From: Erysipelotrichaceae bacterium
GTDB lineage: Bacteria > Bacillota_I > Bacilli_A > Erysipelotrichales > Erysipelotrichaceae
Reading direction: 5' to 3'
NCBI GenBank assembly: GCA_963676105.1
Contig: OY781039.1
Coordinates: 1,530,001 to 1,562,000 of the forward strand
Length of the DNA stretch: 32,000 nt
Position 1 is the stretch's first letter, and every line of letters begins with the position of its first letter. This document shows, in pieces, positions 9,554 through 18,139 of this stretch. Under the pieces are notes generated by a model. It had not been told where the DNA came from, did no database searches, and was given only the letters and a program-made list of their open reading frames with translations. The translations under genes were made by a program, and so were the position numbers.

Positions 9554-10069
9554 ATGGGTAAATCGGCAATCGCGATATTAGATTTAGATGTAAAGAAGTT
9601 AATTAAAACCTTAAATGAGGCATTAGCTGAAGAATGGTTAGCGTATTATCAGTATTGGGTTGGTGCACGACTTATGGAAGGACCAATGCGTAATGAAGTT
9701 GAATCAGAGTTGTTAGTTCATGCAACTGAGGAACTTGCACATGCAGATTTAATTGTGAATCGTATTATTCAATTAGGAGGCACACCACTTACAAATCCAG
9801 CACAATGGTTTGATCAGGCAAAGTGTGCTTATGAAGATCCAACCGATCCTTATGTAGAAGTTATCCTTGAACAAAATCTTAAGGGTGAAAGATGTGCAAT
9901 TGCACGATATCAACAATTAGCACAAATGACTAATGGTAAAGATCATGCGACACATCAAATGGTGACACAAATCTTAAATGATGAGTTAGAACATGAAGAA
10001 GATATTGAATCATTTATTGCAGATATTCAAAGACTAAAAGAAGATATTCGTAAAATTCGTTTTGAGTAG
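9554..10069 (+). CDS. Ferritin-like / Dps-like (DPSL-type) di-iron protein
   Basis: 171 aa. Strong RBS AAGGAGG (9538-9544). Ferritin-type ligand pattern: E in LAEEW, ExxH (E60-H63 in TEELAH), E in ILEQN, ExxH (E144-H147 in DELEH). Two Cys residues (C91, C114) recall the Cys pair of DPSL proteins. Confidence 0.75.
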   Translation: MGKSAIAILDLDVKKLIKTLNEALAEEWLAYYQYWVGARLMEGPMRNEVESELLVHATEELAHADLIVNRIIQLGGTPLTNPAQWFDQAKCAYEDPTDPYVEVILEQNLKGERCAIARYQQLAQMTNGKDHATHQMVTQILNDELEHEEDIESFIADIQRLKEDIRKIRFE

Positions 10070-10102
10070 ATTTCTTTGTCTAAAAATTGCGCAGCTTTAA
10101 TC

Positions 10103-10132
10103 TTGCATAGTAGTAAATGCTTGTGCTATATT
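10103..10132 (+). promoter_or_regulatory. Putative rpmE promoter
   Basis: TTGCAT (10103-10108), 18-nt spacer, extended -10 TGcTATATT (10124-10132). About 55 nt upstream of the rpmE ATG. Confidence 0.5.
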
Positions 10133-10187
10133 ATTAAAGCACTTACTTTGGGTTGATAAAGATACTCAAGGCGGAAGGAGAAACAGT

Positions 10188-10391
10188 ATGAAAAAAGGAA
10201 TTCATCCAGAATATCATACGGTTACAGCACACTGCATTACATGTGGTAATGAATTTGAAACAAAGTCTACAGCGAAGGAAATTCGTGTTGATACTTGTTC
10301 AAACTGTCACCCATTCTATACAGGCAAACAACGTTTTGCTCAAGCAGCGGGTCGTGTTGAGAAATTTAACCGTAAATACGGAATTAAGTAG
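10188..10391 (+). CDS. rpmE: 50S ribosomal protein L31 (Zn-ribbon type A)
   Basis: 67 aa starting [10 protein letters not shown]. Has CxxC...CxxC (CITCG...[10 protein letters not shown]). RBS GGAAGGAG. Confidence 0.95.
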   Translation: MKKGIHPEYHTVTAHCITCGNEFETKSTAKEIRVDTCSNCHPFYTGKQRFAQAAGRVEKFNRKYGIK

Positions 10392-10397
10392 TAAGCT

Positions 10398-10425
10398 AAA
10401 AGGAACAAATTGTTCCTTTTTATTT
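10398..10425 (+). terminator. Rho-independent terminator after rpmE
   Basis: AAAAGGAAC pairs with GTTCCTTTT (10398-10420) around an AAATT loop, followed by a T-rich run. Confidence 0.8.
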
Positions 10426-10465
10426 GTGATAAAATAAAGTCGTTTAGAAAAGGATAGTAAAGATC

Positions 10466-11062
10466 ATGATGTATCAAATGTATCGACCAGGTTATGTTGA
10501 AGTCATTTCCGGTTGCATGTTTGCGGGGAAAACAGAAGAATTAATTCGTCGAATTAAAGTATTAGAATTTGCTAAGAAAAATGTCTTAGTTTTTAAACCA
10601 GCGATAGATAATCGTTATAGTGATACAAAGGTTGTGTCACATGCAGGTGGCAGTGTTGAAAGTTATGTAGTTTCTGACGCTAAATCAATCCTAGATTTTG
10701 TTAAAGATGATACAGACGTGGTCGCAATTGATGAAGTCCAATTCTTTGATGAAGATATTTTACTTGTAGTTGATTACTTAGCTAAAAAAGGCTTACGTGT
10801 CATGGCTGCAGGTTTAGATACAGATTTTAGAGCGGAACCATTTGGGGTTATGCCAAGATTAATCACACAAGCTGAGTTTGTCACTAAACTCACAGCTGTC
10901 TGTGTTAAATGTGGAGCACCTGCAACACGTACTCAACGTATTGTAAATGGACATCCAGCTCGATTTTCAGATCCAATTATTATGGTTGGGGCTGCAGAGA
11001 GTTATGAAGCTCGTTGTCGTCATTGCCATGTTGTACCAGATAGACCTGAAATTAAAGGTTAG
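10466..11062 (+). CDS. tdk: Thymidine kinase
   Basis: 198 aa. P-loop [17 protein letters not shown], and Zn-binding CVKCG...CRHCH. SD AGGA at 10451-10454. A possible extended -10, TGaTAAAAT, lies at 10427-10435. Confidence 0.93.
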   Translation: MMYQMYRPGYVEVISGCMFAGKTEELIRRIKVLEFAKKNVLVFKPAIDNRYSDTKVVSHAGGSVESYVVSDAKSILDFVKDDTDVVAIDEVQFFDEDILLVVDYLAKKGLRVMAAGLDTDFRAEPFGVMPRLITQAEFVTKLTAVCVKCGAPATRTQRIVNGHPARFSDPIIMVGAAESYEARCRHCHVVPDRPEIKG

Positions 11063-11091
11063 CTTAAATCAGTAAAAGAGGAAACAGGATT

Positions 11092-11124
11092 GTAGCCATT
11101 TTTATGGTTACTTTCTTTTTATTT
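11092..11124 (+). terminator. Rho-independent terminator after tdk
   Basis: GTAGCCAT (11092-11099) pairs with ATGGTTAC (11104-11111), including one G-U pair, around a TTTT loop, then TTTCTTTTTATTT. Confidence 0.7.
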
Positions 11125-11137
11125 ATAGGAGGCAAAT

Positions 11138-12220
11138 ATGCAAAATATCGATGTCATGCTTAAACGTTTAGAAACAATGCATGAAGAATATGAAAAACTC
11201 AGTGAAGATGTCATGAATCCAGCTATGATGGCGGATAATCGTGAATATGCGAAACTCGCAAAAAAACAAGCATCTATGCGAAATGTTATGGAAAAATATG
11301 AAGAGTTGTTAGAACTTAGAAAACACTTATCTGAAGCCATTGAGATGAGTCAAGAAAAGGATCCTGAGCTCAAAGAACTCGCTGAAATGGAAGTTGAAGA
11401 ATTAGAACCAAAACATGATGAATTGGTTGCGCAATTAGAGATATTATTAATCCCGAAAGATCCAAATGATGACCACAATGCGATTGTAGAAATTCGTGGT
11501 GCTGCTGGCGGTGATGAAGGTAATATCTTTGCGGGTGATTTATATCGTATGTACCAAAGATATGCAGATGTATCTAATTTTAAAATCGAAGTATTAGAAG
11601 CATCAGAAGCTGAAATGGGTGGCTATACTTTAATTTCATTTTTGGTTAAAGGGGATGAAGCTTATCGTCATCTTAAATTTGAATCTGGTTCACACCGTGT
11701 TCAACGTGTACCAAAGACTGAAACACAAGGCCGTGTTCATACATCTACCGCAACAGTTTTAGTTATGCCAGATATTGAAGAAGAAGAAAGTGAAATCGAT
11801 AACGCAGATCTAACGTTTGAAACTCACCGTGCATCTGGTGCAGGGGGTCAACATGTTAATAAAACTGATTCAGCTGTTCGTGTTACCCATGTGCCTACGG
11901 GGATTTCAGTAAACTGTCAGGATGGTCGATCTCAACATGAAAATAGAGCGACTGCGCTTCGTATTATTCGTGCGAAAGTTACAGAAGTTCTACAAGAAAG
12001 AGCTGAAGCAGAAAAAGGGATTGAGCGTAAAGCTAAGATTGGGACAGGGGATCGTTCTGAAAAGATTAGAACGTATAACTACCCACAAAATAGAGTTACT
12101 GATCACCGCATTGGTTTAACACTAAATCAATTGGATCGTATTGTTGAGGGTAAACTCACTGATGTGATTGAAGCTTTACTTGAAGAAGAACAAAAACAAA
12201 AACTTGCAGGAAACGCATGA
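11138..12220 (+). CDS. prfA: Peptide chain release factor 1
   Basis: 360 aa. GGQ motif SGAGGQHVNKT. RF1-type PxT tripeptide context RVQRVPKTETQGRVHTS. RBS TAGGAGG. Confidence 0.95.
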   Translation: MQNIDVMLKRLETMHEEYEKLSEDVMNPAMMADNREYAKLAKKQASMRNVMEKYEELLELRKHLSEAIEMSQEKDPELKELAEMEVEELEPKHDELVAQLEILLIPKDPNDDHNAIVEIRGAAGGDEGNIFAGDLYRMYQRYADVSNFKIEVLEASEAEMGGYTLISFLVKGDEAYRHLKFESGSHRVQRVPKTETQGRVHTSTATVLVMPDIEEEESEIDNADLTFETHRASGAGGQHVNKTDSAVRVTHVPTGISVNCQDGRSQHENRATALRIIRAKVTEVLQERAEAEKGIERKAKIGTGDRSEKIRTYNYPQNRVTDHRIGLTLNQLDRIVEGKLTDVIEALLEEEQKQKLAGNA

Positions 12221-13059
12221 TTATTCGAAAACTTATCGCAAAGACACAGAAAGATTTAATTAAGAATGATATTCCAGAATCTTATGTGAAGTATGTTTTA
12301 AATGAACTTTTCTTAGAAAAAGGAAAGAATCTTTATGATGCGATGGATGAAGAATTGAATGCAGAAACACAAAAACGCTTTGATTCAATCATCGAACGTT
12401 TGCTTAAAGATGAACCTTTGGCTTATGTCATGGGTGTTCAATATTTTTATGGCTATGAGTTTGATGTGAATCCAAGTGTTTTAATCCCACGTTTTGAAAC
12501 AGAAGAGTTAGTTTTAAGAGTTCTTATGGAACTTGATGAATCATTTGAAGATGACTGTACATTATTAGATATTGGGACAGGATCTGGGGCAATTGCTTGT
12601 GTATTAAAAGCTGAAAAACCTGATCTGAAAGTTTATGCTTCTGATATTAGTGAGGAAGCTTTAGTTCAAGCGCAAAAGAATGCTGAAAAATTAGAAGTTG
12701 AAATTACCTTTATACAAGGGGATATGGCTCAGCCTTTTGTTGACCAAGGTATCAAAGCAGATGTGCTTGTATGTAATCCACCTTATATTCCACAAGATGA
12801 AATTATTGAAAATAGTGTCAAAGACTATGAACCTCATGTGGCCTTATTTGGGGGTGAAGATGGTTTATATTTTTATCGCAAAGTATTAAAGTCAGCTCCT
12901 GCTATCCTAAATAAAAAAAGCTTGTTAGCTTTTGAAATGGGATGGGATCAAAGAGAAAATTTAACAGCTTTAGTTAAAGAAACATATCCTGACGCAGACG
13001 TTGAATGTATACAAGACTTATCAGGTAAAGATCGTATATTAATTGTTCGTAATTTTTAA
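12217..13059 (+). CDS. prmC: Release factor glutamine N5-methyltransferase
   Basis: 280 aa. ATGA overlap with prfA. SAM motif LDIGTGSGAI and catalytic NPPY (CNPPYIP). Confidence 0.9.
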   Translation: MIIRKLIAKTQKDLIKNDIPESYVKYVLNELFLEKGKNLYDAMDEELNAETQKRFDSIIERLLKDEPLAYVMGVQYFYGYEFDVNPSVLIPRFETEELVLRVLMELDESFEDDCTLLDIGTGSGAIACVLKAEKPDLKVYASDISEEALVQAQKNAEKLEVEITFIQGDMAQPFVDQGIKADVLVCNPPYIPQDEIIENSVKDYEPHVALFGGEDGLYFYRKVLKSAPAILNKKSLLAFEMGWDQRENLTALVKETYPDADVECIQDLSGKDRILIVRNF

Positions 13060-13425
13060 TTATTTCTTAGAAATAGATTCACACAATAAATAGAGTGTTT
13101 GTGAGAGATGATCAATGGATTCATCACTTAAGTCATAATAGTCTTTGAATTGTTTTGATCTAAAAAACGCATCAAATAAATCGAGTGGAGCACCATAATG
13201 GCCGCTTTCTTCTAGTAGGATAGGATCAGTGATCAAGTCACTGACTTTGACATTGAAAATTTCAGCTAGTTTTTGAATGGCTTCTGGATCAGGTGAAGTG
13301 ATGCCTAACTCCCATTTTGAAATGGTTTGTTGAGAATAATTAAGAGCCTTAGCCAAATCTTCTTGGTTAAGGTCTTTTCTTTGTCTAATTCGTTTTAACT
13401 TTTGAGCAAAATCGTTTCGATTCAT
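13060..13425 (-). CDS. XRE-family helix-turn-helix transcriptional regulator with an uncharacterised C-terminal domain
   Basis: 121 aa. HTH_3 signature LKRIRQRKDLNQEDLAKALNYSQQTISKWELG. Its stop (13060-13062) directly abuts the prmC stop (13057-13059). No SD. A TATAAT on the minus strand (13438->13433) ends 7 nt before the ATG. Confidence 0.85.
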   Translation of the reverse strand: MNRNDFAQKLKRIRQRKDLNQEDLAKALNYSQQTISKWELGITSPDPEAIQKLAEIFNVKVSDLITDPILLEESGHYGAPLDLFDAFFRSKQFKDYYDLSDESIDHLSQTLYLLCESISKK

Positions 13426-13448
13426 TATTTAAATTATAGATATCACTA

Positions 13449-13501
13449 AGCGTAAATACGCTTGTATACAACCGAAAAGTGTAGAGAGTTGTATATACAA
13501 C
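13449..13501. promoter_or_regulatory. Cluster of palindromic candidate operators in the XRE / membrane-protein divergent spacer
   Basis: AGCGTA-aa-TACGCT (13449-13462). Perfect 10-bp palindrome TTGTATACAA (13462-13471). Perfect 14-bp palindrome GTTGTATATACAAC (13488-13501). The last two share TTGTAT/ATACAA half-sites. All lie within a 94-bp spacer. Confidence 0.55.
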
Positions 13502-13519
13502 CTATGGTAGTATAAACTC

Positions 13520-14038
13520 ATGATTCGTCTTCTTTCTTATTATGTTTATAGAATCTTAAGCATTAGCCTAATTTTAATGATGCCACAAGTAGATATTCTA
13601 TACCGTTTACTCTTAGTTGCATTGTTTTTTCTTTTACAAAGTTTTATTAAGTCAAGATACATCTATTCAAGACAAAGAATTATTTTATTGATATCTTTTA
13701 ATATATTTATCTCAGTAATAGTGTTCTATTATTCTATTCATTTATTTATGTTAGGACTTATTCTTTTAGTTTCAACGCTATCTTTTTTTGAGAAATTATT
13801 GATTGATAAATCCTTAATTAGTCGTTTAAAACGTATACAAGATCATGTCGAACTAAGTGCTTTTTCTTTAACGATTGATTCAATTGCTTATTCCAACAAA
13901 CAGTTGTTTCCACTACAAGATAAAGAGTATAGATATCTTAGAGATTTTGTTTTATATCGGTATCCAAAAGGCATATATAGCATTATACAAACAGAGACAG
14001 ATATATCCTTTGAAGTTTTTCAAATGAAAGTCGTGTAA
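13520..14038 (+). CDS. Hypothetical integral membrane protein (about 4 predicted TM segments plus an ~80-aa soluble C-terminal domain)
   Basis: 172-aa ORF. Hydrophobic stretches include LLLVALFFLLQSF, IILLISFNIFISVIVFYYSI and LFMLGLILLVSTLSFF. More AT-rich than its neighbours. No SD. TGgTAGTAT (13505-13513) ends 6 nt before the ATG. No family recognised. Confidence 0.6.
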   Translation: MIRLLSYYVYRILSISLILMMPQVDILYRLLLVALFFLLQSFIKSRYIYSRQRIILLISFNIFISVIVFYYSIHLFMLGLILLVSTLSFFEKLLIDKSLISRLKRIQDHVELSAFSLTIDSIAYSNKQLFPLQDKEYRYLRDFVLYRYPKGIYSIIQTETDISFEVFQMKVV

Positions 14039-14072
14039 TAAGGGTCTAAAACTAGGGGTAGGCTATGCTAAA

Positions 14073-14690
14073 ATGTATAAGATGAAAACCCTTCATTTAA
14101 GCCTAGATGAAATCAGTCGTGCCAGTGATGTTTTACTAAAGGGAGGTATCCTTGCGATACCGACAGATACGGTCTATGGATTAGCGGTTCGTTATGATGA
14201 TGAACAAGCAATTAATCATTTACGATCTGTCAAAGAAAGACCTGAAGATAAACCATTTGCGCTAATGGTATCGTCACTAAAAATGATTGAAGATTTAGCT
14301 AATTTGACTGAGCGTGATATTGCTTTAATTAACAAAACACTCCCAGCAGATATAACATATATCTTCAATAAAAAAGAAACGATTAAAGAGGGGTATTTCA
14401 AAGATGCGAAAACCATTGCCTTTAGAATGCCAAACGATGACTTTGTATTAAAGTTAATCGATCATCTTGGGATTGGCTTATTAGTTCCAAGTGCGAATAT
14501 CAGTGGCCAAAGAGCATGTGTTAATAGCAATGAAGTTATTGATGTATTTGAAACGATGATTGAAGGAATAATGTTAGGTGAATCTGGCCAACAAGAAGCT
14601 TCAACCATTATCGATGCATCACAAAAAGAATTACGTGTTTTGCGTCAAGGCAAAGCACAATTAGAAGATATACATAGAAAGGTCGGGTAA
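14073..14690 (+). CDS. tsaC: L-threonylcarbamoyladenylate synthase, short TsaC/YrdC type
   Basis: 205 aa. YrdC-domain motifs ILAIPTDTVYGLAV, KPFALMV and PSANISG. There is no Sua5 C-terminal domain. The start is ambiguous between ATG 14073 (AGGGGTAGG upstream) and ATG 14082. Confidence 0.85.
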   Translation: MYKMKTLHLSLDEISRASDVLLKGGILAIPTDTVYGLAVRYDDEQAINHLRSVKERPEDKPFALMVSSLKMIEDLANLTERDIALINKTLPADITYIFNKKETIKEGYFKDAKTIAFRMPNDDFVLKLIDHLGIGLLVPSANISGQRACVNSNEVIDVFETMIEGIMLGESGQQEASTIIDASQKELRVLRQGKAQLEDIHRKVG

Positions 14691-14695
14691 ACATC

Positions 14696-15145
14696 ATGGA
14701 AGTAGCATTAGCGTGTGATCATGGAGCTTTTGAACATAAGGAAGCGCTTAAGAAACACCTTGAAGACAAAGGATATACAGTTAAAGATTTTGGACCATTT
14801 ATCGAAGAGTCAGTGGATTATCCAGATACTGTTTATCCAGCGTGTAAGTATGTCAGCAAGCATCCTGATACATTAGGGATTGTGATGTGTGGCACAGGAA
14901 TTGGCGCAAGTATTGTGGCCAATAAAGTTAAAGGTATTCGCTGTGCTTTAGTTTATGATGTAGAAGTTGCGAAAATAACACGTGAACACAATAACTCAAA
15001 CGTACTTGCGAGTGGCGGTCGTTTAGTGAGTGTAGAAAAGATGTTAGAAATCGCAGATATGTGGTTATCAACGCCGTTTAGCGAGGATGCTCGCCATCAA
15101 CGTCGTATCGATAAAATAACAAAAGGTGAAGGAGAGCAAGAATGA
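14696..15145 (+). CDS. rpiB: Ribose-5-phosphate isomerase B
   Basis: 149 aa. LacAB/RpiB signature [21 protein letters not shown]...REHNNSNVL. Confidence 0.9.
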   Translation: MEVALACDHGAFEHKEALKKHLEDKGYTVKDFGPFIEESVDYPDTVYPACKYVSKHPDTLGIVMCGTGIGASIVANKVKGIRCALVYDVEVAKITREHNNSNVLASGGRLVSVEKMLEIADMWLSTPFSEDARHQRRIDKITKGEGEQE

Positions 15146-16353
15146 AGGATAAGTTATTAGAACAAGCTATTCAAAAAGAAGCTGAGCGTCAACATTTAAA
15201 TATTGAACTCATTGCTTCAGAGAACTATGTTTCAGAAGATGTATTAGAAGCAGTAGGTAGTATTTTAACCAATAAATATGCAGAAGGTTACCCTGGCAAA
15301 CGTTACTATGGTGGCTGTGAAGAAGTTGATGTTGCTGAACAATTAGCGATTGATCGCGCTAAAGAAATCTTTGGTGCTGAACATGCGAATGTTCAACCAC
15401 ACTCAGGCTCACAAGCTAACATGGGTGTTTACTTCGCTATCCTAGAACCAGGTGACACTGTTTTAGGGATGGACTTAGCAGCTGGTGGTCATTTAACACA
15501 TGGTCATCCATTAAGTTTCTCAGGTAAACTATATGATTTTAAATCATATGGTGTTGATAAAGTTACGCATCGTATTGATTATGATGCACTTGAAAAACAA
15601 GCATTAGAAGTTAAACCAAAACTGATTGTGGCTGGCGCAAGTGCGTATCCATTTATTTTAGATTTCCCACGTTTTAAAGAAATCGCTGATAAAGTAGGTG
15701 CTTACTTAATGGTCGATATGGCACACATTGCTGGCTTAGTTGCGGCAGGTGCACATCCATCACCTGTTCCATATGCAGACTTTGTCACAACGACAACTCA
15801 TAAAACATTAAGAGGTCCTCGTGGTGGCATGGTTCTATCTAAAAAAGAACATGCGGCAGCTTTAGACAAAGTTGTCTTCCCAGGGATCCAAGGTGGACCA
15901 CTTATGCATGTGATTGCAGGTAAAGCAGCATGTTTCTACGAAGCGCTTCAACCTGAGTTTAAAACTTATGCCAAACAAGTGGTAGATAATATGCAAGCTT
16001 TAGTAGATGAACTTAAAAAAGAAGGCTTTACTTTAGTTGGTGATGGATCTGAAAACCATATGTGTTTGGTTAATGTAAAAGCATCTGTTGGTTTAAGTGG
16101 TAAAAAATCAGAAAAAGTATTAGATGAAGTGGGGATTACATGTAATAAAAATTCCATTCCATTTGACCCTGAAAAACCATTTGTTACATCAGGTATCCGT
16201 TTAGGATCAGCTGCGATGACAACACGCGGTTTCAAAGAAGAAGAATTCAGACAAGTGGCTAGATGGATTAAACGTGCTCTAACAAATCCAGAAGATGAAG
16301 CTGCTTTAGCTGATATCAAAAAAGAAGTTGTTGCACTTACATCAAAACATTAA
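15142..16353 (+). CDS. glyA: Serine hydroxymethyltransferase
   Basis: 403 aa. ATGA overlap with rpiB. PLP-lysine motif [16 protein letters not shown]-terminal region [11 protein letters not shown]. Confidence 0.95.
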   Translation: MKDKLLEQAIQKEAERQHLNIELIASENYVSEDVLEAVGSILTNKYAEGYPGKRYYGGCEEVDVAEQLAIDRAKEIFGAEHANVQPHSGSQANMGVYFAILEPGDTVLGMDLAAGGHLTHGHPLSFSGKLYDFKSYGVDKVTHRIDYDALEKQALEVKPKLIVAGASAYPFILDFPRFKEIADKVGAYLMVDMAHIAGLVAAGAHPSPVPYADFVTTTTHKTLRGPRGGMVLSKKEHAAALDKVVFPGIQGGPLMHVIAGKAACFYEALQPEFKTYAKQVVDNMQALVDELKKEGFTLVGDGSENHMCLVNVKASVGLSGKKSEKVLDEVGITCNKNSIPFDPEKPFVTSGIRLGSAAMTTRGFKEEEFRQVARWIKRALTNPEDEAALADIKKEVVALTSKH

Positions 16354-16365
16354 GGAGTTGTAGTT

Positions 16366-16986
16366 ATGTTAAAAGTATTAGATCATCCGCTTATTACGCA
16401 TAAGCTAACGCAAATGCGTCAAGAAAGTACAGGTACTAAAGATTTCCGTCAAAACTTAGACGAAATCGCTGGTTTAATGGCGTATGAAATTACGCGTGAT
16501 ATTCCAACAGAAGAAGTTGAAATTATTACACCGGTTGCGCCAACCAAAACACGTGAAGTTAAAAAACAAATTGTATTAGTTCCAATCTTAAGAGCAGGAC
16601 TTGGTATGGTTGATGGTATTCATCGTTTAGTCCCGACTGCTAAAGTTGGATTTGTCGGTTTATATCGTGATGAAGAAACATTAGAACCACACGAATACTA
16701 TGCAAAGTTCCCTGATAATCTTGGAGAATCTGAAGTTTTGGTATTAGATCCTATGTTAGCAACAGGTGGTTCTGCATCAGCTGCGATTTCATTGATAAAG
16801 AAACGTGGTGCAAAATCAATTAAGCTTGTTTGTTTAGTAGGCGCACCTGAAGGTGTTGCGGTTATAGAAAAAGATCATCCAGATGTTGATATCTATTTAG
16901 CAGCACTCGATGAAAAGCTTAATGAAAAGGGTTATATCGTTCCAGGATTAGGTGATGCCGGCGATAGAATTTTCGGTACAAAATAA
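16366..16986 (+). CDS. upp: Uracil phosphoribosyltransferase
   Basis: 206 aa. [19 protein letters not shown] motif [13 protein letters not shown], and C-terminal [17 protein letters not shown]. Confidence 0.95.
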   Translation: MLKVLDHPLITHKLTQMRQESTGTKDFRQNLDEIAGLMAYEITRDIPTEEVEIITPVAPTKTREVKKQIVLVPILRAGLGMVDGIHRLVPTAKVGFVGLYRDEETLEPHEYYAKFPDNLGESEVLVLDPMLATGGSASAAISLIKKRGAKSIKLVCLVGAPEGVAVIEKDHPDVDIYLAALDEKLNEKGYIVPGLGDAGDRIFGTK

Positions 16987-16988
16987 AG

Positions 16989-17012
16989 AAAGGGTTTTCA
17001 TACCCTTTTTTT
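16989..17012 (+). terminator. Rho-independent terminator after upp
   Basis: AAAGGGT (16989-16995) pairs with ACCCTTT (17002-17008) across a 6-nt loop. The T run extends to 17012. Confidence 0.8.
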
Positions 17013-17021
17013 GTGAAATTG

Positions 17022-17051
17022 TTAACAATTGCACGAAATTTGTGCTAAAAT
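17022..17051 (+). promoter_or_regulatory. Putative atp operon promoter
   Basis: TTAACA (17022-17027), 18-nt spacer including TG, extended -10 TGcTAAAAT (17043-17051). The -35 sits inside the 14-bp palindrome AATTGTTAACAATT (17017-17030). Confidence 0.5.
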
Positions 17052-17060
17052 GAAAAAGCA

Positions 17061-17426
17061 ATGAAAGAATTAACTCAATCTTCAACGAAGGGTTTCTGGA
17101 TTGCGATCGGAATTATTACGATAGTTCTAACCACCTTAAATAAGTCATATGGCTTAGGCTATGCACTTGGAATTGTGACTTCTGTATTGAATTTAAAGTT
17201 ACTTGTTTATCAAATTGATCAAATGATGTTCTTTAAGAAATTTAATGCATGGATCGGTATTCCACTCTACATGCTTAAATCATTTATGTTTGTGATACCG
17301 ATGGTTGCCGCAATACTTTGGCCACATTGGATTAATTTGTTTGCAGCAGTTGCGGGCTTATTAAGTCCAAAGTTTATGTTTTATATTAATGAATTGTTTT
17401 TAAAGAAGGAGACAAGTGAGTCATGA
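17061..17426 (+). CDS. atpI: ATP synthase protein I (AtpI-like small membrane protein)
   Basis: 121 aa and hydrophobic. First gene of the atp cluster, with an ATGA overlap onto atpB. No SD. The ATG lies 9 nt after the predicted -10. Confidence 0.75.
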   Translation: MKELTQSSTKGFWIAIGIITIVLTTLNKSYGLGYALGIVTSVLNLKLLVYQIDQMMFFKKFNAWIGIPLYMLKSFMFVIPMVAAILWPHWINLFAAVAGLLSPKFMFYINELFLKKETSES

Positions 17427-18112
17427 TTACATCGATACAAGTTGAAATATTCTCAATCTTAATTATCACAACAATCTTACTAGGTCTCTTTTATTATTTA
17501 GGAAGAAAAGTACAAACTGCAGACGTACTTGCCAAACCAAGTGGGATGGTAACAGTTGTCATTATGGTTCATGACTTCTTCCAAGACTTTACCGAAAGTA
17601 ATATGGGTAAAAAAGCGGCGGTTGCTTATTCACCCTATGTCGCATCACTTGGTATTTATCTGGTGTTCGCTAACTTATCTGGTTTATTTGGTTTAACTTC
17701 TCCAACCGCAAACTATAGTGTTACTTTAACCCTAACTCTAATCACATTTGTCTTTATACAGTACACAAAGATTAAAGTAAATGGCTTTGGTGGATTCTTA
17801 CATGGATTTATTGAACCCTACGCACCTTTTGTGGTTATGAATATATTTGGAACCATCTCTCCACTGATCTCAATGTCACTTCGTTTGTTCGGTAATATGA
17901 CAGCGGGTACAGTGTTGATGTTGTTGTTCTATCAATTTACAGCATTTTTATCAAGTTTTATTCCCGTAGTTGGTACGCTCAATATCTTTGGGATTGCGAT
18001 TGCACCAGCTCTTCACGCATATTTCGATGTTTTTGCAGGTTTAATTCAAACTTACATTTTCATCAGTTTAACAACGATCTTGGTTGGGGTAGAAATTCCC
18101 CAAGAAGAATAA
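17423..18112 (+). CDS. atpB: F0F1 ATP synthase subunit a
   Basis: 229 aa, polytopic. Conserved SLRLFGNM with the essential Arg, and HAYF...Y in the last helices. Confidence 0.92.
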   Translation: MITSIQVEIFSILIITTILLGLFYYLGRKVQTADVLAKPSGMVTVVIMVHDFFQDFTESNMGKKAAVAYSPYVASLGIYLVFANLSGLFGLTSPTANYSVTLTLTLITFVFIQYTKIKVNGFGGFLHGFIEPYAPFVVMNIFGTISPLISMSLRLFGNMTAGTVLMLLFYQFTAFLSSFIPVVGTLNIFGIAIAPALHAYFDVFAGLIQTYIFISLTTILVGVEIPQEE

Positions 18113-18139
18113 AAAGATATACAAAGGAGGCATGTATAT

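Noticed and set aside
15966-16319. Long antisense ORFs inside well-supported genes: 15966-16319 (glyA), 24243-24608 (mreB), 26003-26443 (tilS), 19503-19997 (atpA), 21533-21757 (atpG), 381-611, 5682-5930, 11119-11340 and others.
   Set aside because: All are fully embedded opposite strongly conserved CDS. They have low-complexity or Ser/Cys-rich translations and no start signals. This is the typical stop-poor antisense frame artefact of biased codon usage.
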